From: the human T2T-CHM13v2.0 reference genome, Homo sapiens
DNA: 64,000 nucleotides
Reading direction: 5' to 3' (one strand)
Assembly (NCBI RefSeq): GCF_009914755.1
Contig: NC_060933.1
Under the pieces are notes generated by a model. That model ran no database searches, was not told the origin of the DNA, and saw only the letters and a program-made list of their open reading frames with translations. The position numbers and the translations under genes are program-made. Positions within the stretch are counted from its first letter, which is position 1. Every line of letters begins with the position of its first letter. Positions 32,351 to 47,068 of the stretch are shown here, piece by piece.

Positions 32351-35300
32351 CCCAGGAACCAACACAGCGTGTTTTCATCAAGCTTAGTTGAAACCTCCTG
32401 AAGTCTTCATTAAAAAAATAGAAACAGAAAGAAACCCAACAACAACAACAAAACCCAAGTGCTTCCACGGCAGGCTCTCCATCACAGCACTCAAGGCATT
32501 GCATAACATTAACCCCAGTTTCCTTCTCTCAGCTTCTGTGGGGCTGACATCACCTCTCAGCTCTGAACAGTCTTCTTGCCATTATCCAGCCTGGGCCTCT
32601 CTTCATTGGCCTCCCACTTGAGCCGACATGGGGGAGAAGACAATGCGAGTCTCCACCTTCGCACGCAGGCTCCCTGGCCTCCGGTGAATACCACGCTGGC
32701 CTCATTTATCTCCTGCACTGTTCCTTCCCTCTGCATCTGTGCAGGGAGACTCACGTCACTGGGGGCCACTTTCATGATTTTGTTGCCATCAGGATTAGCT
32801 GGATTAGGGGCCAGTACATAAGGACCCCCTGGTGCCGTGAGGAAGTTTCATCACCGGGTCAGCATGGTGTGAACTATATTCTGTCAACACCACCACTTCT
32901 TATAGCCACCAACCAAAAAACGGAAGGGTGGAGGTGGGGGCGTGGCAGAGAAAATACCTCAAGTGCAAAATGTATAAACTCATCATAGCAATAAATTCCC
33001 GCATCATGCATTTCAAAGTATGTGAGCCATTCAAGACTATCCTTTCAAACAAGAAACCCATGTGATTCTTTTTTTTTTTTTAAATCTATAAAGAATTTGG
33101 TGGGTCTGACAGTGGAGGTAGGGGGAGTAAGTATAGGTAGGCGAGTAAGTATAGCTACCCAGAGGAAGAACAAAAAGCCCACAAAAGCTTTTTTTAGCCC
33201 CTTTCTAAAGCTAGTCAAGCAGTTTGGGAAGAGTTGCACTGCTGAAACCTTATATTTTGTTCAAGGCTAACACCTCCAGAACGGTTAGTTCCTCCTCTTC
33301 TAAAGGACCAATGCTATCCCATCCAGCAAGGATATCCCCCCATCTAATGTGAAATAAGACAATGTGGGCAGGAGAGTGGTGGAGGGAATGGTGTGGGGGG
33401 TAAAAGGATGGGTGGGAAGAAAAACAAAACAGAACTTTTAACTCCTTTTAAAACTTCAATGACTGAATTTTTTCCTCCCAGGGAATCATTTACCTACCTC
33501 CATCCCGGCCCCACTCATCTGGACCCTGCATGAAGTACACACACGATTTCTACAGAAAGTAATGGGATTTCTGCAAGTGTGTGTGAGTGTGTGTGTTTTA
33601 TAGAGCAGTCCCTCTTGCACAGAACTGGGCTGTCCCATCAAAGCCGTATCTGTTATATTTCTGTCTTTCTCTTCTGTTTGGCGTATTCACCAACAAGAGA
33701 AAAGGAGGTAAGCTTTGGCGGCCCTGACCTGCAGCTGGAACACAATACTTTCGCACAGCCCTGCCGACCCCTGACATAAATTTTACACCGCAGCTGGCAT
33801 TTACACACTCAGCATTACCATATGTATAGCTGCTCGGTGCTAATTATGCTAATCACCTGTCTAACTCGCTGCTGCGAAAAATGGTTGCATTTAGCAGTCC
33901 AGCGCCTCCCAATGCAGCTTACTGTGTGGCTGAAATGTACATTCAGACGGCCCTGAATGGCAAGATTTTTCCACGTTGCTGGCTACATTCAGGCCTCAGA
34001 AAAATTTATTCAAGTCAACTGGTTTCGGTCCGCAACAAAAAAGTTACGAGAAAAAAGTGAGTGTGTTCTTGCCCTAACATTCTGGATCTGCTTGCAAGCA
34101 AAATGATAAATCAATTGGTGTGGGAAACAAAAAGGGAGAGAGATTTCTTTTGGGAGCCATGTGAAACTGTAGCCTATTAAAAAAAAAAAGAAAAAAAAAA
34201 GGGTCATCCTAGTCCCCAAATCTCTAGAAAGAGCAGTTAATAGATATTTAGCCCTAATCCCAATTCTCTCAAATTGCAAGCTTTGTTTGCAATTAAGCAA
34301 GGTATTAAACATGTGCAATTTTTTTTTCTGGATCATGTGTAGACCAAAATGATGGTATCATATTTATCATTTTTTACTTATTACAACAATGTGTAAATCT
34401 CATGAGGAAAATAAAGTAAGAAGAAAGAATTTCTTAGGCAGCTAGGAAAAATTCTTTTGTTATTTTCTCTTAGAAAGCCTCTATTTAAAAAGAGGCTGTG
34501 TGATGTTTGAGTCTATTTTGTGAAGGTTGCTGGTTTCCCAGTAAAGGAGCAGAGGAAATCAGGGAGTGGGGGTGGGAATGTGGAAGAATTCACAAAAGGA
34601 AAAAAAACAGCGGTGGGAGGAGAAAGAGGGAGTCAAGAAGCCTACATTTTCCTTCATCTCAAAATTCCTGTTTTTATCATCACTATTTCTTAAAGCCGTT
34701 TTCTCAGATCACTCTGTAGAATAAATTTCTTAATCAGGAGAATATTGGCGCAGGTATTTCAACAATTCCGCAAATTCAAACTGAAATCCTATTTCTTCCT
34801 AACTCACAAAACATGTTCGTATTAATTTTTAAAAACCCTGAGTGTAGTCACTCTCAGGGCTGCTTCATGTTAGGCTATCTGGAAGGATAGGTAATATTTG
34901 GGTACTCCAATTTCCTGTCATTGCTGGCAGCATCGTACGACACGTTATACCGGAGGGTGGCCCAAAGTGCCAGTGACTTTCTCAGCTCCGAACAATCATC
35001 ATTAGCAGACTTCTTACTTCAGAAATGCAGAAAGCAGGAGAAAACTGGAAAGCCATTTACTTCAGAACATATCGTGGGCTACATCCCTCAGTGCCACAGA
35101 ACACCAGACTGGCTTTGCAACCCATCAGCTTTTCCAGGCTTGGAAGGTGCACCCACCCGGGAGGGCTTCCTCTCACGGAGGAGGTCATCTTGGAGGCTCG
35201 GGCTCTCTCCGCCTCGCTTCCACTCACCTTTCCATTTAACCACCAGCAAATGAATAACAGGATGCTCATGCAACTTAAAGATGCTGCTGTGACAAGAGCG

Positions 35301-38300
35301 CTCTTCCTGTCTCTCCCCACCCTCCATTCTGTCCCACATTTTATAAACTTATCTGACCCAATGAAGCAACACTATCCAAGCCACATCTTGATTTGTTTGG
35401 CATCCCAATTCAAGTTGCTATTCTTTGCCATTCCAATGTGTTTATCTGGGTTTTGTAGTTTCAAATCTTGACTGTGCAGCCAAAAACACAAATGACACAA
35501 CCACCACTGGGCTCACTACAGAGCAGAGGGTTTACCCCCCCACCCCCCATCCTCTCAATCTCGCACTCTTCTTAAATAGGAGATGGACCACCCTGCCTCG
35601 TGGCACGGAGTGGTGTTTACATTGCAATACTTGACTGTGTAATACATCTGGCATTTTTGGGCAGGATTCCTGAGCTAGGGGCCAGAAGCCCTTAAGCAAT
35701 GATTTAAGGGGGAAAAAAAATCATGCACATTGACTTAACAAAGCCCATTTCCAGTTCCTTTTGCTTACTTTTATACATGTCTCATTAATAACTGAAAACT
35801 ATCTTGGTTGCTAAATTGGGTAAGTCTACTGCTTCTTTTCATTTATCCGAACAATAATAAATAAAGCTTGCGCTGTGGTATGGGGACTTGCTTCTCACTA
35901 GCCTTGCTTTCATAGCAGTGGCATTATGGGACCCACATGCAGAGTGGACTATTTGGGCCAACTCACACCTGGGTTTCTGGATTAGAAATAAGGTCCTGCC
36001 CCCACATTATAAATCTCTCCAACAACAAACTTGCCATTCATTAGCAGGTATCTGACTGCCCACCAACAATACAGTTTCCCTAACACATGACAGCTGTTTT
36101 TCCAGCCATGCTCTAAACCCCAAATGGAACAGTCATATTCCCTCCTGGAGGGACTAAGGATGGGGCGCATCTTCCTGTACACCAGGCTCCTAAAATCCTC
36201 CACCACAGCCCAGCAGTTTCTCAATGGCAGTATTCTGCTGTACGGAAGGCATTAGACATTGCAGTGTAAAGGAAAAAAAGTGCCCTAAATCCAATTTAAA
36301 GAGAAAAAAAAAATCCAGTGAGTATTATCATAAGCACCCAAATTCAAAGATTAGAAGAGAAAGTAACAGAAGTGTTTATATTTTGATGACCCTGATTATA
36401 TCTGTGTATTCAAGGAATGTTCCCACTGAGAGAATCCCGCAGAGCTTCCTCCTCCTGCAGGCAGAAGTGCCCTCACCAGCAAGGCCCTCTGGTCTCTGGA
36501 TGTCAACCAAGACCTCTCGTGAGGATGGAACACATAAAGCTTCAGAGTCGGCCAAAATCTGGATAAGGAATTCCATCGTCTTCAATCTAGCCAAGCTCCA
36601 TGTGCCCACTGGCTTTGGTGGGAGTTCTAAGCAAGGAAGACCTGAAGTGGGGCACCTGGGAGGGAAAGCCATGGTTTGTGCTCCACTCACTGTCTCAGAA
36701 ATGCTAGGGAACCCAGTTCTTCCACTGTCCATGCGCCACGGTAAGCACAGGGGACCAAGACTTATTTCCCACTCTCTCTGGCGGTGTGGTATGGGTTGAA
36801 GAAACTTGTCAATGGATTTTAAAGTTGCCTCAGCAGTCCATTAAAAAAAGTCATGATTCTTCAACAGGGGAATCACATCTTCTGCCAAGAGCCCATCAAA
36901 GAGTGTGGTCTTGGAACCAACCCTAACCAAAATAAGAATGCCAAGGATGCAAATGGCAGCTCTGTATCTAGTATCTCCCACAGCTGGCTTGAAATAATAA
37001 ATGTTCTCATTCCCTCCTCTTAGGTTGTGATTAGCCAGACTTACTACCATTTCAGAGTTCACACTAGTAACTGCAGAGATCCACTTGGAAGGAAATGACG
37101 TGGGCAGGTTAGAGTGGGTGGGCGGGAGAAGGGGCAGGAGGGAAGGGGGCAGGGGAGAGAGGGAGGAGGCAGCAGAGGTTCTGGGAGCCAGCGAGGGGCA
37201 CAGGAAACATTAATAGTATTATAATAGGATGACACAGCCATGGTTATTATGTGGGGGTGTCTGACATAGCTGAAATTCCCTCAACTTTTTCTCCCCCTAA
37301 ATAGTGTCAAAAGAGTGCCAGAAGTTAAAATACTACATTTATGCAAAGTGGCTTCTATTAAATCTGGTCCCCTTTACAGTTATTTTATAATATTTCCATA
37401 TTTGTTTTAAAAGCCAAAAAACCTTTTACAGTGAAACACATCCCCGAGGAGAACTGAACACTCATCAGGGGCTAAATCTGGGCAGATAGCTGGCATGGTG
37501 AGGCAGAAGGCGGCCACCAAAGCGCCCCTTTCTCCGCCCAATTGTGACTCTCCCCTACCCCAATACAAGCAGGAGAACAGGGCAGACGAGTTTCAGCTTG
37601 CCCGAGTTTCAGCTTGCCCGAGTGGACAGAGCCCAGGGTCACAGGCAGGTCAGCTTTGAAGGAGAAACTCAAATGAAACATAAACATGGCATTGTGGAAA
37701 CCAGACAAATCTCCCATGGCTTGTCCAGCCAGCATTAATCTCGGCATCAGCTGTGGTGCATAATCTAAACACACGGATCAGGCTGTTCATACATCTGGAA
37801 GCTGTCATCTTCTGGAACCTCTGAGCGGCATCCTATGTATCTGAAACACCCCATTACCCAACCTGTCCTCTCAACTTGGTGAAGGGTCAAGAATGGCAGA
37901 CAGCAAAGAGATAGGGAGGATTCGCAGGGTCAACTGCCCTGTGTAGAAGACACCTGAGGGCTATTTGTTCTTTTTTAAACAATCATTGGTGGCTTCTCAT
38001 TTCCAATCGTTTTTCTCCAAATATGAAAGAAATATCACAACTGCTTCCACCTAAATGTGCATACCCAGTAGTAGAAACTAATAAATACCTATAAACATAT
38101 TCTCCCTTCTAAACCATGTATGGGGGTCCAGGGAGCAGAAAGGAGCTGCATTTTTCTTCCTGTCCCTTGTGAAATGCCCCCACAATGGCAACCCCAGAGA
38201 AAAGAAACCAGGTGCTCACTGTGGAAGGGCAGTGACAGCAGAATCCATTCTGCCCTTCTGGCTGGGACTGGTCCCTTGCTGTCCCTTGGTTCTGCTCCAC

Positions 38301-38805
38301 AAGGGCTCCTGGGGGGACAAGGGGGAGTGGTTTGTGACAGAAACATCTGGAGGAGAATGAGACCACCAAGGAGTTCACACACTAGCCGGGCTTCTGAAGG
38401 AGCTGTTATTTCAATATGCACAAAGGCAGTGGTGTCTTCTATTAAAGCTTTTCAGAAAGTCAACCATGCTAAAAACCTTCAGGCTACTGGGGTTGAGGTG
38501 CAACCAGTCTTTCTGCAAATTTAGATACCCCCCACCAAAAGGTACCCAAATATAAATTATTTCTTTCTTCCATGGCCTCTTTCCTCTTTCGACCCATCAC
38601 GGTGTTTTTCTTTGACATTTAATGTCATTCTAAGAAAAATAGTTATCTGGGTCTATAAATACAGGAATGGGATGGGGGAGTTATCTTAAAGAAGATTAAT
38701 ACTCTTGCATCTCTGCAATGCATTGTAGCCACAACTCCATCATAATAAACGTCTTCCATCTGCACAGCATGAGTCTTCCAATCAAAATCTTTTTATCATC
38801 TAAAC

Positions 38806-39025
38806 CAGTGGGTCTCAATCGTGATGATTTGGGACACCCTCTCCCCCAGTGACATCTGGCAATGACTGGAAACATTCTGGTTGTCACAACTGGGAGGGTG
38901 CTACTGGCATCTAGTAGGTAGAAACCAGGATGCTGCTAAACATCTTATAGTGCACAGAACAGCCCCCAACAACAGAGGATGATCCAGCCCCAATGTCAAT
39001 AGTCCTGAGGTTGAGGGACCTTGCT
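38806..39025. mobile_element. MER20 hAT element
   Basis: 'ggttgtcacaactggg…tgctactggcatctagt…gatgctgctaaacatc'. Confidence 0.88.
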
Positions 39026-41374
39026 CCAAATTGAAGGAGTGGTGAAACTCAGTTATCTCCTACAACTGATTGCCTGAGTTCAAGAACACTGAAAGCATTA
39101 ACACTAGCAAGGTACAAACTTGAAAGCACTTACACATACCAAGCATGTATTTTAAAAAACAATTTCTTCTATTTTTCTTAAAAAAAAAAAAAAGTCAAAG
39201 TCACAACTTGCCTCCTTCTTCCTTGACGCTGGCCTGCAGCAATGTTAACATCCAAACACCAAAGCAATATGGATTCATTACAAGGCTGCTGCCCTCTGCA
39301 GAAAAGGAGGCCAGGAGCTGGGCAAGCTTTTAGAAAAAACAAAAAGCTCAAAGAAATAAATGAATGTTCTATCGCTGGAGAAGCTTGACAAGAAACTTGT
39401 TCTGAGGGAGGGCTGCAGTGAGGGGGCTGATATGAAAAGAAATAGATACTGAGGGAGATGGGTTAAAACTGCTTAACAAAAAGGAAATACCAACAAAGAA
39501 ACAGGCAAGATTAAAAATAACACCAGTCTGTGCCCAGAAAGGTGAGATCCAGGTGAAGCATTCGTGGCTCCAGGGAAAACACTAGAGGCCAACACGTGAG
39601 CACACTCGTGAGACAGGGATGGCTAGTAGGAAGAGCTGACAGCCCCCAGCCAAGCAGGGAGACTTCTGTGAAATGGCCCTGAGGGACGAGCCCAGCTTCC
39701 AGGCTCCCACCCAACCTCAACGACCCACAAAGGGAGGCTGCCCTCCAGGAGGCCACATTCCTGTTCTCTGAGCCTTTGCCTATGCTGTTCCTTCTGCCCT
39801 GAATGCCCCCTACCCTCTCCCCTCCAGCCCCTGTGCCTAGCTCAGGCCTCCACCCTTGAGGCCATCCTGGAAGATGTCCCCGATTTTCCTGCCATCTTGG
39901 CACTGCTGTCCTTCATGTTAACTACCCACACACCAGTCCGTGTACCTGCTGAATGTTTGGATGGAGTTCCCCTGAGGGCAGAGACTGTGGCTTTTCACCA
40001 ACATCTCTCTGGAGAGCTTTCTGCAATGGTGGTGCAGAGTAGGTACTGAGAACATGTGCAGAATGAACGCTTCTATTTTTATACAATGACAATTAGTTTC
40101 TCCCCCACCTTGCTGCCATGGTCATGTGTTTCTGCAACAGCAGATGTCCACTACATCAGTCAACATATTCTCTATCAAACCTCATTACTCCGCACATATG
40201 TGAAACTGATTTGACAATTTTGATTAGCAAACACTATAACCCTAAAACTCAAGCTGGTATCTTAACATATAATTGACAGTTTATTAAAAGGCAATCATTA
40301 TATGGACATTTTAACAACAGAATACAATAATTCTTATCACCAATTCCTACACACGCACACACACGCGCATGCACACACACGGACTCTTTCTCATCTAGCA
40401 TATATTAGTCTGCACATTGTGGCTGATGTATTCTGCCCTCTTTATAAAGCCAACTCTTTATAAAGCCACATTTCCCCAGCATGTTAAACAAAGCATGAAA
40501 GTCAATTTGAAGACACAGCCTTTCGAGTGGATCCCTTTAATTTGCTGGCTGTATTAAAAAGATAACATTAACATGCCTTTGGCAGATAGGAGGATATGCA
40601 GAATAAGACAATGTGCATACACACACACGCTCCTGTGATTTTAAACCGCAGGAGAAGGAGCTTCTTCCAAACTATCCCTCAGCATCCCTCTCCCCTTAAA
40701 ATCTCATACTTTCCTCTCTTCTGTTGTTTTCTAACTAGGGCAATATGCTACCTCTATCCATTTCGTTTGTGTAGCAAGCACTCTGTTGATGCCCAGTTCA
40801 TATAAAAATTCATGTCTAGAACCTTAAGAACAACCTACCAAGAAAGCAGCATCTAACAGATTTCTTTGCTGATAGTGATGAGGAATTTATCTATGAGACT
40901 GATGCACAAAATGAACTTAAATGTGGAGCTATTACTCACTTCAATTCACGGACGTCCACTGAGGTATAGGACAGCAGGGAAATCTTACTCCTGAATGCAA
41001 ATGCTCACACTACTTACTGCTGACGTGAACACTCAGCTCACTCTGTCACAAACAAGATCTCTACACAATCACTTCTGCTTTGAAAATGAAATTAAATCTA
41101 TATGGCTACTGTTGTATAGTCACCTCTCTAGTTGGGTCTATCTGCATTTATGAAACTGTCGCTTCTTCTCTAGGGGGAGAATCTAGCACAGAATGAATGA
41201 ATGAATGAATGAATGAGAGATCAAGGACAGGGCAACAGAACAAGTGACTTATGTCATTAGTAGGCAAAGTAGACCTGGAGACAAACAGACAACCCATAGT
41301 TTCCCATCTGTAAAATGGGACAATCCTCATCATAAAGACATTACATCCACTATCATGTTATAAAAACAAAATAG

Positions 41375-41705
<331 letters not shown>

Positions 41706-42183
41706 TAATAATAGCTATTTTATTGAATCGTAAGGCATGCGATAATATATAACAAATGCCTGGTACATGGCAGTTGCTCAACAAGTGACAGTATTAGTAC
41801 TGAGTAAATAACATTTGGCCCAAGACCAGTGAGTCATGCTGAAACTGCCAAAAGTAAGCAAAGTGAGTGTGCCCCTCAGAAGTGTCCTCATCCAGTCCAT
41901 TGAAAAAGAAAAACTTTACTCCCTCTCACTACACAACTGGCAGCTCCCATAAAACTGCTAGGAAGCACACTGCATCTCCTTCCAGGACTTGAAATGGGTC
42001 GTGTTATGCAGAAAGCAAGTTATTTCCAGAAATATGCAATGTTAAGAAAATAAATCACATTCTATCTCCTTCAACATGTCAAAGGTCCACTGAAAACTCT
42101 TGCTAAGAACACCACAAAATCACGTTTTGTCATCCTCATCCGATGGCAACAAATACAGGTTGGATCAAGTGGTGGATGAGCCG

Positions 42184-42279
42184 GCCCTCCCTGTGCTCAT
42201 GCCCTATTCTGTCCAAGAATCTACGGCAGCGGCCCTCCCTGTCCTCATGCCCTATTCTGTCCTAGAATCTACGGCAGCG
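42184..42279. repeat. Tandem duplication, 2 x 48 bp, 2 mismatches
   Basis: gccctccctgt(g/c)ctcatgccctattctgtcc(a/t)agaatctacggcagcg repeated twice. Confidence 0.95.
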
Positions 42280-44045
42280 CCCCTACAGTCTAGCCAATCA
42301 CATCACTTCCAAACTCCTCAGCTGGGGCCCCTGCTGGTGTCCCGCCCATGCCTAAAATGCCCTCCTTCCCCTACCGTCTCCAGTTCTCTCCCCCCACCCC
42401 CTACCACCCTCTTGTAACTTTCACAGCCCATTTCAGCTGTGAACCCAAATGTAGTCCAAATGCATCGAATTCTAATAGTTTTAAATTGTGCAGTGTCGCA
42501 CACACTTGAGTCTCTTATGGTGCTTAACACAGTGCTAGGGACATCATAGGTGCTCAAGAAACTTGTTGCTAGGAGCATAATAGCTGCTCGATAAAACCCT
42601 TCTTTTATCTACCAGTGATACTGAATCGCTGAACTGAGGTAAATTACTCCATGGATTCAATCCAAAGAACGCTTTTGTATTAATTACCAAACTACTTAAG
42701 GCAGGAATGTTTTGTCTTAATTATGTAGACTATTATTTTAATTGTCACTTCTCAACTAAATACTCCAACTCCACCCCAGGCTTGCAAAACTCTGCAAGCT
42801 GAATCTTCACAAACAAGGAGAGATTAAGGAAATATTCTTCAAGGTCTCCAACAGCATCCTGAAAGGGATCACTGAAGCGATTATGCGCATAACTCTTCAG
42901 CTTCCACATGCTGTCCGGAGGAATGCTCCAGGTATTTTGGTTTGAATTATCTACCTAGTCACCTCTACCCTCCCCTACTACCCTCTTGTAAGGTAAGGGA
43001 TGCCCAAAGTGGTGTTTAGGGTTAAAGTGTTTCCAAATAGCAGGATTTGGAACTTGCCAAAAAGATAAATAAGAAACCAGCGGGGGAAAAAAATTGAAAC
43101 CTTTGTCACCAAAATAATGTAAAAATGTTTGTCTTCGAAAAAATATATATCTATTTTAAATCTGCAACTGCTTTGCTAAGGTCTCAAGAACCCCAAAACT
43201 GAGGAACGTGGATAAAAGACTGGCAGAACCCCTCTGAGAGGTCCCTTCAACCCCGCGTTCTTAAAACATTTCTTTTCTTTGCCTGCAAAATGCAGCCTTC
43301 CCCCAGAATAATTCCATGTAAAAAGCCCCCACCCGCGAGGAAACATTAATCTACTTTGCAAACATGCGTTCCAGTCTGTGCCTTACTATTTTTTTTTCCA
43401 CTCCTTCCACCCCCACCCCGCGTTTTTTGTACCTTGAGACAAATGTTTTTTTCCCTCAGAGTTGAAAGCTGTCCAAAAACAGGACCACACACGCCGCCGC
43501 CTCCGCAGCCCCGCGCTGCGCCCGCCCCCGGCCCTCCCCAGCGCGGCGGCCGCGGCCGCCGGGGGCGCGCACACTCCAGCCAGCCGGAGGGGTGGCCTCT
43601 GGCTCTCCCCGACTCCTTTTTCTTTGGACGCGGTGGGTGGGGGTGGGGGAGAGAAGAAAGCCGGGCCGCGGAGCGGGGCCGGGAGAGGCCAGCCCCGGGG
43701 CGCCTCTCGGGGCGCGGCCCAGGCGGACAGCGGCAGCGGCGGCGGGCCCGGGGCCCCCGGCGCGCAGAGTGGTCCGTCCCGGAGGGGCCCCGCGCCCCCG
43801 TCCCGCCCCCGCCGCTCTCTCCCACCACACCTCGGCCGGCGCAGCGCCCCGAGTAGATTACAGCGCGGCCTTTGTCGGGCGGGCCTGGCTCCCGGCCAGG
43901 CGCCCAAACAATAAACAATCCCCCGGGTGCGGGCAGGGGGTTTCGCCGGCCGCAGCCAGGCTCTAGGTGTGCGCTGGCGAATATCTCTATCAACCGCGAG
44001 GAGGGACCGGGCCGGGGGCGCGGGCGCCGCGGCGGGCGCTCTTAC

Positions 44046-44238
44046 CTTCCACCCACAGCTCCTCCACGTTGGTCTCGAGGTTCGCTGCTTTTAATCCCAC
44101 CGCGAAGGCCCCAAATATGAGGAGGCCCACAACCAAGAACTTGCCGCAGTTTTTTTGAATGTAACAACCCAGTTTAAATAAGAGTCTCTGAAACTTCGCT
44201 CTCAGCCACAGCGGCGCTTTCCGGCCAGTAGCCTTCCC
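44046..44238 (-). CDS. PTCH1: PTCH1 exon 2 ([16 protein letters not shown]...TM1...EELWVE), 193 nt
   Basis: Acceptor CCCCAG|GGG, donor AAG|GTAAGA. Translation visible in ORF 43990..44361. Confidence 0.98.
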
Positions 44239-44861
44239 CTGGGGACGAAGCAGAAGGGAGGAGTGAGCGCCGGGGAGTCGCGGCCCGCGCGCCCACGCCC
44301 GCTTGCGCGCACCCGCCCGGTGAGCCCCCAACAGCCGTGGGGGCGCGGGTGGCCGCGGCACACGGACTCGCCCTCGAGACTGCAGCCCCGGCGGATCTGA
44401 GCGTCATGGGGGGCTCGGTCATAAAGCCGGGCCGCAGCGTGGGAGCTGCACCTCGGGGACATCAGGGCGCCCCCACCCGCGGGATCCCTGAGCGACTTGG
44501 GGCACTGGGGCTGCAATACAGAAGAGGAAGCCGAGGTAGAGAGGAGAGAAACCACTCGACACAGACAATATTCACCCCAGAGCTGAGAAGGGAGGGGCTG
44601 CGTAATCCCAGCGATGGAGCCCAAGGTTCAGGAGCCAGCAAACCAGTCCTGCTCTGTCCATCACCCTCGGGGACGGGCGCTAGGGGCGAGCGCTCTTTGG
44701 AACAACATATTGCGGGTTCCCCCAACTGGACCCCCGCCGAGAATGGTAGTAAGTGGGGATCCACGTGGTGAGCGCGGCCGCCGGAGTTCACTCCCGACGC
44801 ATTTCCATAGCGTGGGGAGAGGCTGTGTGAGCTGAATTAGGAAGTGGGGCAGCCAGCTGCA

Positions 44862-44870
44862 ACTTACGAC
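44862..44870 (-). other. PTCH1: Candidate donor of a non-coding alternative first exon in intron 1 (GTC|GTAAGT)
   Basis: Consensus GTAAGT donor about 630 nt upstream of exon 2. PTCH1 has non-coding first exons in this interval; the 5' end cannot be determined from sequence. Confidence 0.5.
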
Positions 44871-45671
44871 AATATTTGTGATCGGAAGAGGGCAGCCACA
44901 TGGATCTTTCCCTCCTCTCCCTTCCTTTCTGGTTAAACGTAAAAAACAGCCGAGTGCAAAGGGAAGGGCTCAGGCCGGCGCAGGCTGCTCCCCGGCGCGG
45001 CATTTCCCCGGCGCTGGCCGCGGCCCCGGCGGGCCCCCGTCTGGGTGCTCGCCTTCCCTGGATTCCACACATTTCAGCGAGCCTCGTAAACACAATGAAC
45101 CCGGCAGCTCCGCAGACTCGCACCGCGAATTTAAGGTGGCAATTTGTTTACAACTTTTCCTCCCCCGACCAGGCCCTAAGGAGAGGCGGCTCAAAACCTG
45201 GAAAACGGGGGGGATATCTTTTTCCGAGAATAATTTTTTAAGGGAGCAGAGATTTCATGCTCAACAAAACCAAAACTGGCTGCCAAAAAAGGAAACCACC
45301 TTTATTTCGGCTCCCTCCCCCCTTCCTCTCTCCGCCTCTCTCCACTCCGCCTCCCCCTCCAAGATGTTAAGAAATGTGGCAGCCGTACAGGAGTTTAGGC
45401 TGCAAATAGGGGCAGGGGCGCAGGAGGAAGAAGTTCAGGGCAGGGGGCACGGGGCAGGACAGTGCCGCGGCCGCCCTTGAGGTGGTCCGCCGTGGACGGC
45501 TTTCCAGTGCTCCGGAAAAGGCACACCAGGGAGGGCGTGTGTATACACACACACACACGCACACACACACACCTCCACCCCCTGCGGACCTCAGACAGCC
45601 CTTTCCTCCCAGGACCAGAGGGAGGGTTTGAATTTTTCAATCCCCATTTGTCTGCTGCTTTTCCTGGAGAG

Positions 45672-45733
45672 GTGTGAGTGAGTGTGTGTGTGTGTGTGAG
45701 AGAGAGAGGAAGAGAGTGTGTGTGTTTGTGTGT
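45672..45733. repeat. (TG)n/(AG)n compound microsatellite in intron 1
   Basis: Read directly. A similar (TG)n(AG)n tract lies at 52261-52298. Confidence 0.9.
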
Positions 45734-45757
45734 GGCGGGGGCGATCCCAAAGAGTTA

Positions 45758-46293
<536 letters not shown>

Positions 46294-47068
46294 CCAGTTC
46301 GCGGAAGAGCGAGAGCCGGCGCGCCGAGCGAGCCTGTCCTTCGGGCGCTTCCGCGGCACTCCTTGCGGTCCCCAACTCCCCCTACCCGCCCCCCGCCCCG
46401 CGCCGCGACCCCTTCACTGCAGAAAGAGCCAGCGAATCCCCGCTGCTCCCGCCGGCCGCGCTGGCTCTCTCGGCGCCTCCCGGGTCGCCCGAGCGGCCGC
46501 GGAGGGCAAGCGCAGAGCCGCCGCCGCCGCGGGGTCCGAGGGTGCCCGGCGGGTCTCAGCGCTGCCGGGCCCGGGCAGCCGCAGCTGCCGCTGCTCCCGC
46601 GGTGGCTGCTGCTGGCGGTGGCGGCTCCAGGAGCTGCTGCTCGGGCTGCTCGGGCTCTGGCTGCTGGGTTCGCGGTGGCTGCTCGGTCCCGGACTCTGCT
46701 TTCTTGTGCTCCTCGGCAACCCGCTGGACCATTCTGTCCCCGTGCAGCGCGCCTCTCTCGCTCCCGGGACCTGGGGACTCCGCTCTGTGTGTGTGCAGCG
46801 GGCAGCGGCCGCAGCAGCTCCTTGATTCAATAGATGAGATGGAAGAAGAAAAAAAAGAACTCTCTCCATTTGGAGAAAGAAGAGGAGGAGGGGAGGGGAG
46901 GGGGTGGAGGGGGAGAGAGCGAGCGAAAGAGAAAAAGGCTGGAGCTCCCGCCCCCGGGGCTGTCAGATGGCTTGGGTTTCTGCGACGCGATTGGCTCGCG
47001 GAGGGCAGAAATTACTCAGCAAACATGACTATTATTAGCTGCTTAGCAACAGCTCACCAAAGTAGAGA

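Noticed and set aside
42100-42417. 105-aa ORF with a repeated 16-aa unit
   Set aside because: The repeat is simply the 48-bp DNA duplication. TTG start and no other coding evidence.
43346-44771. Multiple overlapping 120-215 aa ORFs around exon 2
   Set aside because: CpG-island artefacts. Only the spliced exon 2 segment is Patched sequence.
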